Assembly: GCA_903857825.1 (NCBI GenBank) | Contig: CAIOGI010000006.1 | Location: 25,132 to 89,131 of the forward strand | Direction: 5' to 3' | Origin: Candidatus Tayloriibacteriota bacterium | GTDB taxonomy: Bacteria > Patescibacteriota > Minisyncoccia > Phycocordibacterales > PALSA-1337 | DNA: 64,000 bases | Part shown: piece after piece, positions 48,837 through 58,232 of the stretch | How positions within the stretch are numbered: the first letter of the stretch is position 1 | Layout of the letters: each line of letters begins with the position of its first letter | Position numbers and translations under genes: made by a program | The notes under the pieces: model-generated | What the model was told of the DNA's origin: nothing | Seen by the model: only the letters and a program-made list of their open reading frames with translations | Databases searched by the model: none

Positions 48837-49805
48837 TTACTTAGAAATATAGTTTTTGTTAATATTAATCGAAATATAACCAAGTCCAATAAACAAGAAG
48901 CCAAGAAATACTAGAGAGACCGGCCATCCAACTGAATTTGCAAAATATTCACTAGTAATATACGAAAGAAAAGTAATCAAAAAGATTGTAGACATTATCA
49001 AAATGATTCTATTTTTTAGACTAACCGAAAGGAAAAAACAAGCAATAAGAATAACAAAATATATCAACTGATATATACCAGAATCAAATATTAAAGAAAA
49101 TGCAGAACCGAGTAAACCAGTTATACCGACAAAATATATAACTCCAATGAGAAAACTATTCCACTTACCTTCAAAGAAACGTCCGAGCTGTAAATAACTC
49201 ATACCAATTACAACTGTAAGGTATTGATAAATATCGCCAGAATTAAACCACATATCATATGGATTGCTTATAATTGCATTGACTAATAGGTAAACAAAGG
49301 CTGTGCCATTCGCTATTGCAAAAAAAGCTAGTATGGAATTTTTGTTTATCCAATTTAGTAATAGATAAAATGCAAATAATGAACCAAATGTACCTGCAAC
49401 AATCCATGAATGATACCCTCCCGTACTAAGCTCATACAAAGTAACCAAAGCTCCACTTGGCACCAAAATTCCACCAATAAAATAAAATACTGTGCCGATT
49501 TTGTCTTCTGGCTTATTCTTGATCAACATAGCACCTATTCCAGTCATCAAGAAACCTAAACCAAATGTAACCAGTATTCTTCCGAAAGATTGAATGTCGT
49601 TCCAAATTTGAGATACAAAAGTAATCAAACCAATAATTACTATTACAGCGCCCAGTGCATAAAAGATCTTTGTTAAAGAAAAAATGCTCGGTTTATTTTG
49701 GGGAATAGTCGTTTCGGTCTTTAAACTATTTATTATTTCATCTCTAGTTATTTCTCCTGTACTAATTTTATTCTTAATCTCATTTAGTAATTGTTCTTTA
49801 TTCAT
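48837..49805 (-). CDS. Polytopic integral membrane protein, hypothetical (322 aa, about 9 TM helices)
   Basis: Hydropathy only. Confidence 0.45.
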   Translation of the reverse strand: MNKEQLLNEIKNKISTGEITRDEIINSLKTETTIPQNKPSIFSLTKIFYALGAVIVIIGLITFVSQIWNDIQSFGRILVTFGLGFLMTGIGAMLIKNKPEDKIGTVFYFIGGILVPSGALVTLYELSTGGYHSWIVAGTFGSLFAFYLLLNWINKNSILAFFAIANGTAFVYLLVNAIISNPYDMWFNSGDIYQYLTVVIGMSYLQLGRFFEGKWNSFLIGVIYFVGITGLLGSAFSLIFDSGIYQLIYFVILIACFFLSVSLKNRIILIMSTIFLITFLSYITSEYFANSVGWPVSLVFLGFLFIGLGYISININKNYISK

Positions 49806-49809
49806 AAAA

Positions 49810-50391
49810 TTAATTATTTTTAATTATCCAACCCAAAAATTCAAAGTTGCTGGCATAATAATAGCTATTCAAGTTATTGACCAAATTTATCTTACTTTTA
49901 AAATTCCCTTTTGTTAGATAAAATCCATATGACGATGAACCTCCGAAAATAGAAAATATGCCATTATTTGTATTATCATAGTGACTAGAAACGGTAATAC
50001 CATCAGGTGAGGTTAGAAGATTACTCAGGACAAGCGATTGTGCTTCATCTATAGATATTTCCTTGCTTTCATTATTTTTTGTATCATGTAAAAATATTCT
50101 ATCTGAATACTTTTCTTTATAATCTGGCACACCATTTTTATCCAGATCAACATCTTTATCAATAGGTTTTATTATAAGCTTTCCATCATTTACAACATAA
50201 CGGTCCTGTAAATATTTATTACAAGGGAATTGGTAGTAATTTGCACCATCTGTACAAGAAGCATATATAAAATTGTAATTTGTGGAAATAAATAGTGATG
50301 GTAAATATGTTGCCATAGCAACGCAAATAATCAATATCAATGGTAATACAAAAGCTGATAAAACCAAAAAGTTTTTCTTAATAAAATTCAT
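49810..50391 (-). CDS. Hypothetical membrane-anchored protein (193 aa)
   Basis: N-terminal TM helix; no motifs. Confidence 0.4.
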   Translation of the reverse strand: MNFIKKNFLVLSAFVLPLILIICVAMATYLPSLFISTNYNFIYASCTDGANYYQFPCNKYLQDRYVVNDGKLIIKPIDKDVDLDKNGVPDYKEKYSDRIFLHDTKNNESKEISIDEAQSLVLSNLLTSPDGITVSSHYDNTNNGIFSIFGGSSSYGFYLTKGNFKSKINLVNNLNSYYYASNFEFLGWIIKNN

Positions 50392-50426
50392 AATATAAAT
50401 TATAGCACTAATATGGTCAATGTAAT

Positions 50427-51398
50427 CTATTTATTAACAACTCTAACTCCGTCCCTATCAATTTCAAAGGTAATCTCTTTATAATTTAGATTTACAATAT
50501 TATCACCCTCTTTTTTTACTTCTACACACAAACCCATACCTGTCATGGTCTCCCTTGAAAAAAATTGATCAAATGCAAAATTACCTAATGAATAAAAAAT
50601 CTTCTTTCCCTTATATTCTTCAATATCACCTATTACATGCGAATGCGTACCTACTACAGCATCTGCACCACTATCAATAAATTCCTTTGCCCATTTTTTT
50701 TGCTTCTCTGTCGGTGTCTTATCATATTCAATTCCCCAGTGAGGAGTTACTATTAAAATATCAACTTCTGGTCTGAGTTTTTCTATTTCAACGAATACTT
50801 TATCAAAATTCATATAGCTGAATTCATGAAAACCAATTATTCCAACTCGTATTCCATTTTTAACCTTTACTATACTTATTTCATCTTTATTATTTGGATC
50901 ACCATAGTAAAGCATACTAGTACTATCAATATATCTTCTCGTTGACTCTAAACCTTCTATACCAAAATTAGAAGTATGATTATTTGCAAGTCCAAGAATA
51001 TCAAAACCTAGGTCAGTAAGTGAATTTACCAAACTTGGATCAAAAGTAAACTGAAGTGCTTTATTTTTTAAATTTTTTGTTATTGAAGGATTTTTTGTAA
51101 ATGGACCTTCAAGATTTGCAATAGAAATATCAGCATCATTTATTAAATTTCTTACTCCCGCAAAATATGATTCAAATCCTTTTTTATCTATAATATTTGA
51201 AACCTCTCTGTCCAACATCATATCTCCAACGAAAAGAATACTCATTGAATTAATATTAGTATCTGTATAATTCTTTGTATTTGTTAATGAAAATTGATGA
51301 GATATTGAATTGCCAATAATAAATAAAAAGATAAAAAATGTAATGGAAAAACCAAATATCAATAATATTTTTTTACTTTTTATTTTTTCTCCATTCAT
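50427..51398 (-). CDS. CapA/PgsA-family metallophosphatase (poly-gamma-glutamate capsule synthesis protein-like)
   Basis: N-terminal TM anchor; ILFVGDMMLDREV, NLEGPF, GLANNHTSNFG and GTHSHV are calcineurin-like phosphoesterase motifs in CapA order. Confidence 0.65.
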   Translation of the reverse strand: MNGEKIKSKKILLIFGFSITFFIFLFIIGNSISHQFSLTNTKNYTDTNINSMSILFVGDMMLDREVSNIIDKKGFESYFAGVRNLINDADISIANLEGPFTKNPSITKNLKNKALQFTFDPSLVNSLTDLGFDILGLANNHTSNFGIEGLESTRRYIDSTSMLYYGDPNNKDEISIVKVKNGIRVGIIGFHEFSYMNFDKVFVEIEKLRPEVDILIVTPHWGIEYDKTPTEKQKKWAKEFIDSGADAVVGTHSHVIGDIEEYKGKKIFYSLGNFAFDQFFSRETMTGMGLCVEVKKEGDNIVNLNYKEITFEIDRDGVRVVNK

Positions 51399-52068
51399 CT
51401 ATTAATTTGTGATTTCCAGAAAGAAGAACTTTCGGCACTCTGTATTTCTTTCCTTTATATTCTAACACTTCTGGCCGAGTATATACATCTGGTGATGCGA
51501 TACGACTTTCCTCAAGTGAACAATGGTCACCCAAGACACCTTCTATTTGACGTGATATCGAATCTATCAAAATCATTGCGGGAAGCTCCCCACCAGTTAA
51601 TACAAATGGCCCAACTGATATTTCATCCATTTTAAATGCGGACTTAACCCGAGCATCTATGCCCTCGTATCGTCCGCAAATAAACACGATATCTGTATAC
51701 TTTATCGCAACATCTTTCGCATAAGTAGTGTCAAACTGTTTTCCAGATGGTGTAAACCAAATAACTTTTACTTTTTTCTGAGGAGTTTTCTTGCCTAGCT
51801 TTTTGCTGGACAGGCCCACAGCTTTTGCAATAGCCTTTATCACAGGCAAAGCTTCTATAACCATGCCAGGTCCTCCGCCATAAGGTTTGTCATCCACTCT
51901 TCTATCAGCATAACTTTGTTCCCCACCTTTTTTAGAAGAAACTGTGAAATCGCGAGGATTGTAGAACTTCACCTTTATTTTTTTATCCTCTTGGGCACGT
52001 TTAAGAATAGACTCGGATAGATATGAGTCGAAGGACTGTGGAAATAGTGAAATGATGTGATATGTCAT
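51373..52068 (-). CDS. trmD: tRNA (guanine37-N1)-methyltransferase
   Basis: MTYHIISLFP...YGGGPGMVIEALPV...IFICGRYEGIDAR...VLTGGELPAMILIDSISR; SPOUT-fold TrmD. Confidence 0.9.
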   Translation of the reverse strand: MTYHIISLFPQSFDSYLSESILKRAQEDKKIKVKFYNPRDFTVSSKKGGEQSYADRRVDDKPYGGGPGMVIEALPVIKAIAKAVGLSSKKLGKKTPQKKVKVIWFTPSGKQFDTTYAKDVAIKYTDIVFICGRYEGIDARVKSAFKMDEISVGPFVLTGGELPAMILIDSISRQIEGVLGDHCSLEESRIASPDVYTRPEVLEYKGKKYRVPKVLLSGNHKLIDEWRKNKK

Positions 52069-52082
52069 GTGTTTTTATAAAC

Positions 52083-52118
52083 AAAAAAGCGTGGTATTAC
52101 ATTACCACACTTTTTTAT
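52083..52118 (-). terminator. A-tract/hairpin/T-tract bidirectional terminator
   Basis: AAAAAAGC-GTGGTATTACATTACCAC-ACTTTTTTAT. Confidence 0.5.
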
Positions 52119-52128
52119 AGCTGTACAC

Positions 52129-52221
52129 AAAATTGGACTCGTCGACTTGCGCTCGGAGGCTCCTCTTTTTTTCGTAAACTCAAAAAAGTAGGACCTCCTC
52201 ACCGTGCCGAGTCTCAATTTT
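52129..52221. repeat. Palindromic intergenic repeat element, copy D
   Basis: AAAATTGGACTCGTCGACTTGCGCTCGGAGGCTCCTCTTTTTTTCGTAAACTCAAAAAAGTAGGACCTCCTCACCGTGCCGAGTCTCAATTTT, directly 3' of the KH-domain gene. Confidence 0.85.
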
Positions 52222-52222
52222 G

Positions 52223-52546
52223 TTAAATCTTCAAATCTGCCATTGCTTCATCTACTGTCTTTGAAGCCTTCTCAACCATTGGTACTGACTTTAGTCCTCC
52301 TTCTGGCTCATTGATCTTCAAATTCACTCTTGAGTTATTCTTCATTCCAACAACTCTTAGAAGAGTTCTGATGGCCTTTGCAGTGTTTCCTGCTCGACCG
52401 ATAACCTTACCCATATCTGCTGCGTTTACCTCTAATGTCATAAGCACACCCATCTCATCTACTGTTCTCGCTATCTTAACGTCATTTGGATTCTCTACCA
52501 ATGACTTAACTACAAATTCCAAAAACTGCTGGTCCGTATTATTCAT
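52223..52546 (-). CDS. KH-domain RNA-binding protein (YlqC/UPF0109-like)
   Basis: GKVIGRAGNTAKAIRTLLRV is the KH GxxG loop region. Sits between rpsP and trmD in the conserved neighbourhood. Confidence 0.75.
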   Translation of the reverse strand: MNNTDQQFLEFVVKSLVENPNDVKIARTVDEMGVLMTLEVNAADMGKVIGRAGNTAKAIRTLLRVVGMKNNSRVNLKINEPEGGLKSVPMVEKASKTVDEAMADLKI

Positions 52547-52646
52547 ATATATTTTCTTATTATCTTATAATCAAACAAATACAGTACATATTGTACCTTG
52601 CTAATGACAAGAGTCAAAATTAGTTTTACACAGTTTGGCATAAAGT

Positions 52647-52742
52647 AAAATGGACTCGCCTGCTTGCGCTCGGAAGCACTTTATTTTTTTACGCTTTCGC
52701 TAGAAAAAATAAAGTCTCCCTCACCGCGTCGAGTCTCATTTT
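52647..52742. repeat. Palindromic intergenic repeat element, copy E (diverged)
   Basis: AAAATGGACTCGCCTGCTTGCGCTCGGAAGCACTTTATTTTTTACGCTTTCGCTAGAAAAAATAAAGTCTCCCTCACCGCGTCGAGTCTCATTTT, directly 3' of rpsP. Confidence 0.8.
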
Positions 52743-52743
52743 A

Positions 52744-53082
52744 CTAAGCAGCAACTGGAGCATCCGCCTTCTTTTCCTCAGCCTTAGCCTCTTCCTTCTT
52801 TACAGGAGTTCTCTTTGGCAATGCATTAACCTTCTTTCCTTCAATCACCTTCTTGTTTACAAGAAAATTGTGAACTGTATTTGAAAGTTTAGCACCCTTT
52901 GAAATGTGTTCCTTTATTTTAACAATATTAAAGTTTTCTATCTTGTTATCTAAACGTGGATCAAAAGAACCAAGTACTTCTAAATATCTACCACTCTTTG
53001 GTCCATTCTTTGAATCAGTCAAAACAAGACGAAATACGGGTTCGTGCTTTCTTCCTACGCGTTGTAATCGAATCATTAACAT
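52744..53082 (-). CDS. rpsP: 30S ribosomal protein S16 with a K/E/A-rich C-terminal extension
   Basis: MLMIRLQRVGRKHEPVFRLVLTDSKNGPKSGRYLEVLGSFDP. The start is at MLMIRLQ (53082), not the listed 53118. Confidence 0.85.
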   Translation of the reverse strand: MLMIRLQRVGRKHEPVFRLVLTDSKNGPKSGRYLEVLGSFDPRLDNKIENFNIVKIKEHISKGAKLSNTVHNFLVNKKVIEGKKVNALPKRTPVKKEEAKAEEKKADAPVAA

Positions 53083-53143
53083 AGGGGCTATACTACCAGA
53101 CCCATTAAAAAAAGGCAATACTCTGGTTGGTTCCTAGTATTTC

Positions 53144-55135
53144 ATGGACTTTAGCCCCATTTTCTGTTATAGTGTATTTTCACAAATGACTCATAAAAAA
53201 CAAAAAACAGGGGCCAATACACTGATTGGAACGATAATGACCAATCGCAAAGGTATGGGCTTTGTTAAAGACCCAAAGAACGATGAAAAGGACATCATGA
53301 TAGACGTCGGGTTTTTAAATACGGCATTAAATGGCGATACGGTGGAAATTAAGATTGGAAAAAAGAATTCTTATGGACAACTTTCTGCAGAGGTCTTACG
53401 TGTTATAGAAAGGGCACGAAATTCATTTGTATGCACAATAGACAGCCGAGAAGGCATTCTAACAGCTTATCCAGATGATAAAAAAGCATATGCTTCTATT
53501 GTACTTTCATCAACTGATAAGGATCGGGTTACTATCGGCGATAAAGTTTTCGTAAAAATGAATGAATGGAAAGATGCGAAACAAAATCCTACAGGAAATA
53601 TAATAAAAGTAATTGGAAAGAAAGGTAATAATAATGTAGAAATGGAAAGTATAGTACTCGAAAGAGGATTTGAAATCGGCTTCCCTTCTGCTGTTGAAAA
53701 TGAGGCATCAGAAATAGAAAAAAACAAAATTAATGATATTAATTCTGAAATTCCAAAACGCAAGGACTTCCGTGGAACTTTGACTTTCACCATTGACCCC
53801 TTTGATGCAAAAGACTTTGATGATGCAATATCGTACAAAAATCTTGGTTCCGGCAAGTATGAAATCGGCGTACATATCGCCGATGTAAGTCATTATGTCA
53901 TAGAGGGTTCAGCTCTGGACAAGGAGGCATTGAAGCGTGGTTGTTCTATATATTTAGTCGACCGAACTATACCCATGCTTCCAGAAGTCCTATCAAATGA
54001 CGTATGTAGTCTTAATCCACATGAAGACAAGCTCACCTTCTCTGCTTGGTTTGTAATGAATGATAGAGGAGAGGTTTTAGAACGAGGCTTTGGGAAAACT
54101 ATTATAAATTCTGATCACAGATTTACTTACGAAAATGCTCAGGAAGTTTTGAATGCCAAATCAGGACAGTATTTTACTGAGCTAAATAAGCTAAATGAAA
54201 TAGCAAAGATTCTGCAAAAAGAAAAGTTCAAAAAAGGTGCAATAGAATTTGAACAAGAAGAAATCAAATTCAAATTAGATGAAAATGGAAAGCCAATAGG
54301 AGTATATAAAAAAGCTCGACTAGATACACACAAACTAGTTGAGGAATACATGCTACTAGCAAATCGTGAAGTTGCTAAACATATTTTTGACTCAATAAAA
54401 AAGAAAGGTAAAAAGGATACGGGTTCAATATACCGAATACACGACATTCCAGATCAAGAAAGAATGCTTGATTTATCAACCTTCGTAAAGGCCCTAGGAT
54501 ACAAATTGAATACGAAAGAAGGTAAAGTTACTGCTCACGATATAAAGTCGCTATTAAAGCAAATTGAGGGCACTACACATGAAGCCTTGATCAGTACTGC
54601 GGTTATAAGGTCAATGCAAAAAGCGGTTTACTCTACGAAGAACATAGGTCACTTCGGCCTAGCTTTTGAATATTACACACACTTCACTTCCCCTATTCGT
54701 CGTTATCCAGATCTGTTGATACAAAGAATTCTTCAGAGACATCTTCACAATGAACCTTTTGGTGATACAGAAATAAATTCATTTCAAAACATTGCAGAGA
54801 AATCTACAGCTAGAGAAATAGACGCAGCTGGAGCAGAAAGAGAATCAAAGAAACTCAAGCAAGTTGAGTACATGTCAGACAAAGTCGGACAAGTCTTTGA
54901 AGGTACTATTTCCGGAGTTACAGAGTGGGGTATGTATGTAGAGGAAAATGAAACTAAGTCCGAAGGAATGATCAAGATCCGAGATATCGGTGATGACTAT
55001 TTTGAATTTGATAAAAAGACTTACTCGATCTTTGGTCAAAAGACAAAGAAAAGATTTACTCTAGGAGATCCTATAAAGTTTAAGGTTGCAGGTGCTGATT
55101 TGGATAAAAAAACACTGGATTTCTTACCAGCTTAG
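53144..55135 (+). CDS. rnr: RNase II/R-family 3'-5' exoribonuclease
   Basis: RNB domain RKDFRGTLTFTIDPFDAKDFDDAIS and HFGLAFEYYTHFTSPIRRYPDLLIQRIL; C-terminal S1 domain. The true start is probably downstream of 53144, for example MTHKK at 53186. Confidence 0.8.
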   Translation: MDFSPIFCYSVFSQMTHKKQKTGANTLIGTIMTNRKGMGFVKDPKNDEKDIMIDVGFLNTALNGDTVEIKIGKKNSYGQLSAEVLRVIERARNSFVCTIDSREGILTAYPDDKKAYASIVLSSTDKDRVTIGDKVFVKMNEWKDAKQNPTGNIIKVIGKKGNNNVEMESIVLERGFEIGFPSAVENEASEIEKNKINDINSEIPKRKDFRGTLTFTIDPFDAKDFDDAISYKNLGSGKYEIGVHIADVSHYVIEGSALDKEALKRGCSIYLVDRTIPMLPEVLSNDVCSLNPHEDKLTFSAWFVMNDRGEVLERGFGKTIINSDHRFTYENAQEVLNAKSGQYFTELNKLNEIAKILQKEKFKKGAIEFEQEEIKFKLDENGKPIGVYKKARLDTHKLVEEYMLLANREVAKHIFDSIKKKGKKDTGSIYRIHDIPDQERMLDLSTFVKALGYKLNTKEGKVTAHDIKSLLKQIEGTTHEALISTAVIRSMQKAVYSTKNIGHFGLAFEYYTHFTSPIRRYPDLLIQRILQRHLHNEPFGDTEINSFQNIAEKSTAREIDAAGAERESKKLKQVEYMSDKVGQVFEGTISGVTEWGMYVEENETKSEGMIKIRDIGDDYFEFDKKTYSIFGQKTKKRFTLGDPIKFKVAGADLDKKTLDFLPA

Positions 55136-55443
55136 TTTCTACTTCTTTCAAATATAACTTTTCCAAATTCATCTATATGCTTTTTTAGTTCAAGATTTGA
55201 AATAACATTATAATCAAGTACGTCTACTTTGTATGCAAATGGTGACGCATTATTTAAAAAGTTCAAAAGACTACCCGCAGTAGTATCTTTCAAATTTCCT
55301 TTTATAGAAATATCAATATCAGATGTACTTTTATAATTACCCATAGCTCTTGAGCCAAATATAGAAGCAGAATCAATATCGGCATAATTACCAATTGCTT
55401 GAGTTATAAAATCCAAATTTTCTTGACTTATCCCAAAATTCAT
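55132..55443 (-). CDS. Nucleotidyltransferase-domain protein (MNT/HI0073-like)
   Basis: SIFGSRAMGNYKSTSDIDISI is the GS...D.D motif of minimal nucleotidyltransferases. Confidence 0.7.
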   Translation of the reverse strand: MNFGISQENLDFITQAIGNYADIDSASIFGSRAMGNYKSTSDIDISIKGNLKDTTAGSLLNFLNNASPFAYKVDVLDYNVISNLELKKHIDEFGKVIFERSRN

Positions 55444-55838
55444 AAAGATTTTTTTAAAGAAATATAAAGATCATCAAAGATAGGTGCAAATGATATTCTA
55501 ATCAATTCTTCTGTCTTCTTTGTCATTACATTATCATATAAGTGTGACATTTCATTGCGTCTTTTTAAAGCCTCTAGCCAAACTTCACCATTAATTATCA
55601 TCTTAGCTTGAAAAGCTTCTTGAATGACTTCTCTAGGCAAATTGACTTCCACACCACCAGCTTCTAACTTATCTTTCATTGTTTTCCATGCAAGTTCAAA
55701 GGTAAATTCAAATGATTGAATAAGGCCAGCTCTAAGAAGCTCGTTATTCACTGTGTCTGATTCAAGTGCTTTTTTAAAAAATAAATAAGCATTCTCAAAG
55801 TTAGCAAATCTTTGTTTCCATCTATTTTCATTTTTCAT
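55440..55838 (-). CDS. HI0074-family nucleotidyltransferase substrate-binding (HEPN-like) protein
   Basis: About 130 aa, all-helical, LIQSFEFTFELAWKTMKD...EVWLEALKRRNEMSHLYD. 4-nt overlap with the downstream MNT gene (the classic HI0073/HI0074 pair). Confidence 0.65.
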   Translation of the reverse strand: MKNENRWKQRFANFENAYLFFKKALESDTVNNELLRAGLIQSFEFTFELAWKTMKDKLEAGGVEVNLPREVIQEAFQAKMIINGEVWLEALKRRNEMSHLYDNVMTKKTEELIRISFAPIFDDLYISLKKSL

Positions 55839-55882
55839 ATTCTAAGTATATATTAATGTTTGAAATAATCAATAAAATCTAT

Positions 55883-58105
55883 CTATTTCGCTACCTGCAC
55901 TGCCTCTTCAAACTGTATAGAAAGTAATTTTGATGCTCCATCTCCACCCATTGTCACTCCATAAAGTACGCCAGCTCGAGACATTGTCTCACGATTGTGA
56001 GTAATAAGGATAAGCTGAGAATAAGTAGAAAGATTCGCTATCATATCGCCATATTTTCTTGAATTTGCCTCATCTAGAGCCGCGTCTGTCTCATCTAAAA
56101 TAATAAATGGAGGTGGGTTAACTTGAGATATAGCAAAAAGTAGGGCAATGGAAGTCAGAGCTCTTTCCCCACCAGAAAGCATCATAAGTCCTTTTACTTT
56201 TTTTCTTGGTAAACTTACATTTATTTCAATACCCTCTTCACCCTCTTCTTCAGTGGCATCAGCTATATCAGCAATATCTGCGTCATCAGACAAAACTGAA
56301 GACAAATCCGTATCAGCCTTCTTTTTTCGTTTCTTTTCTCTAATCACATTCAACCCCGCATTTCCACCACCAAACATAAGTGAAAAATACTGCTGAAACT
56401 GAGCATTTATTTTCAAAATTCCCTCTTTGAATTCAATATCTATACGTGCATCGAGATCAGCTATCATATTATTGAGATTAGTTCTTGAGCTTTCCAGATC
56501 CACAAGTTCTCTTTCTAAAAATGCATCTCTATCCTCAACTTCTTTATATTCCTTCAGAATATCTATGTTATTTCCCGCTCCAGAATCCTCTATTCGAATT
56601 TTTATCTTTTCAATCAACTTAATACGATCATGTTGCTTTATTCTGTCCTCTTCTATAAGAATTAAATCAGCATAGTCAACAGCTTCTCTACCCACTATCA
56701 CATATGCTTCCTGCATCTCTCTTTTGAATGAATCTTCTTCTATAACTAATCTACTCTCAATATTTTTAATACCGTTCAATACACCTCGTACTTCATTTTG
56801 TCTTGCAATTATCCTGAACACATTCTTTTCTGCATCACGATTTGAGTCCTTTTCTCTTTCAATTCTTTGGCGCAGTTCATTGTATTCGAGCGTTCTAGAC
56901 CTCTCTGATTCATCTAGAGTCTTCAAAGTCTTTTCAGATTCATTCTTCTTGTTTTTTAACTCAGCAAGTTCTCTTTCAACTTCTGCTATCAGTGCCGAAT
57001 CTTCCTTGTTTTTGTGTGAAGAAATAAAGCCAAATAACATTTGCTTTATTTCAGCCAAACTTTCTAACAAACTCACCCTGTTTACAACTTCCTCAACATC
57101 CTTCAAATATATCGTCTTGAACTCATCTTTTGTTTGCTTTTCCTTTTCTTTAACGATTGTTCTTTGCCCAGCATAAATCTCTCCGTCAATTTTTCCAGCC
57201 TCACGCATAACTGCATCTTTTTCCATGCGTATCTTATGCAATACACTCTCGAGATTTATAAGCTCATCACTCTTGGCATCGCGATTTTTTGAACCCTCCA
57301 GTATTTTTCTTGCATCCGCTATCTCTATATCTAATCGAGCCAACTCTTCTACCAAGGGTACTTTTTCTACTTCTATTTTTGCCCTTTCAAGTTTTAGATA
57401 TGTTTCTTCTCTTTTTAAATATTCCTTATACAGCTTCCTAAGTTCTTCTCTTAATTCTTGTACTTTTTCAACCTTTTCTACCTGCTTTTTCAAAAACTTT
57501 AAATGTGGAGCGATCTCTCGTCTAAGTGACTCCACAGACTTCATATTTTCCTCGGTCTTCTCTAACTTTCTTTGACTTTCAAGTTTTTTGTATTGATATA
57601 TCTTCAAACCTAGGGCGTCCTCTATCATTTCTCTTCTTTCACGAATATTAGCATTGAGAATTCTGTCAGCCTCTCCTTGAGAAATGATATGGTGTCCAGA
57701 GGCTCCGATATGTGCATGTGCCAGTAATTCTACGATGTCCTTTAAACGCACTGGGGAGCCGTTTATAAAATATTCATTTGAATTGTCACGATGAACAACA
57801 CGCTCCAGTGTAACTTCATCAAAATCAACATTGAGCATTCTTTTTCTATTATCGAAAATCACCTTCACTCCTGCTCTATTTACCCTAGCACCTTCTCCGC
57901 CACCATTAAAAATGAGATCCTCGCCTCGCTTTCCGCGCATAGACTTTATACTTTGTTCACCAAGTACAAAACGAAATGCCTCTGCAACATTTGATTTACC
58001 CGAGCCATTTGGACCAACTATAGATGAGATGGGTGAAGTAAAATTTAAAGTCGCTTTTTTAGCGAATGATTTAAAACCTGAAATCTCGAGTGATTTGAGA
58101 TACAT
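55883..58105 (-). CDS. smc: SMC-family chromosome segregation ATPase (short, 740 aa)
   Basis: N-terminal LEISGFKSF...IVGPNGSGKSNVAEAFRFVLGEQS; long coiled coil; C-terminal LSGGERALTSIALLFA...ILDETDAALD. Confidence 0.75.
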   Translation of the reverse strand: MYLKSLEISGFKSFAKKATLNFTSPISSIVGPNGSGKSNVAEAFRFVLGEQSIKSMRGKRGEDLIFNGGGEGARVNRAGVKVIFDNRKRMLNVDFDEVTLERVVHRDNSNEYFINGSPVRLKDIVELLAHAHIGASGHHIISQGEADRILNANIRERREMIEDALGLKIYQYKKLESQRKLEKTEENMKSVESLRREIAPHLKFLKKQVEKVEKVQELREELRKLYKEYLKREETYLKLERAKIEVEKVPLVEELARLDIEIADARKILEGSKNRDAKSDELINLESVLHKIRMEKDAVMREAGKIDGEIYAGQRTIVKEKEKQTKDEFKTIYLKDVEEVVNRVSLLESLAEIKQMLFGFISSHKNKEDSALIAEVERELAELKNKKNESEKTLKTLDESERSRTLEYNELRQRIEREKDSNRDAEKNVFRIIARQNEVRGVLNGIKNIESRLVIEEDSFKREMQEAYVIVGREAVDYADLILIEEDRIKQHDRIKLIEKIKIRIEDSGAGNNIDILKEYKEVEDRDAFLERELVDLESSRTNLNNMIADLDARIDIEFKEGILKINAQFQQYFSLMFGGGNAGLNVIREKKRKKKADTDLSSVLSDDADIADIADATEEEGEEGIEINVSLPRKKVKGLMMLSGGERALTSIALLFAISQVNPPPFIILDETDAALDEANSRKYGDMIANLSTYSQLILITHNRETMSRAGVLYGVTMGGDGASKLLSIQFEEAVQVAK

Positions 58106-58232
58106 AGGTATATTTTAGCATATTTTGGCTCTGTGGATATAACTTTGCATATATACTATATGTATGGTATATATAATACATGGATTGGGGTGTCCCCGAT
58201 CGGCACGAGGTCCCGTAAGGGACTTTTTGCAT

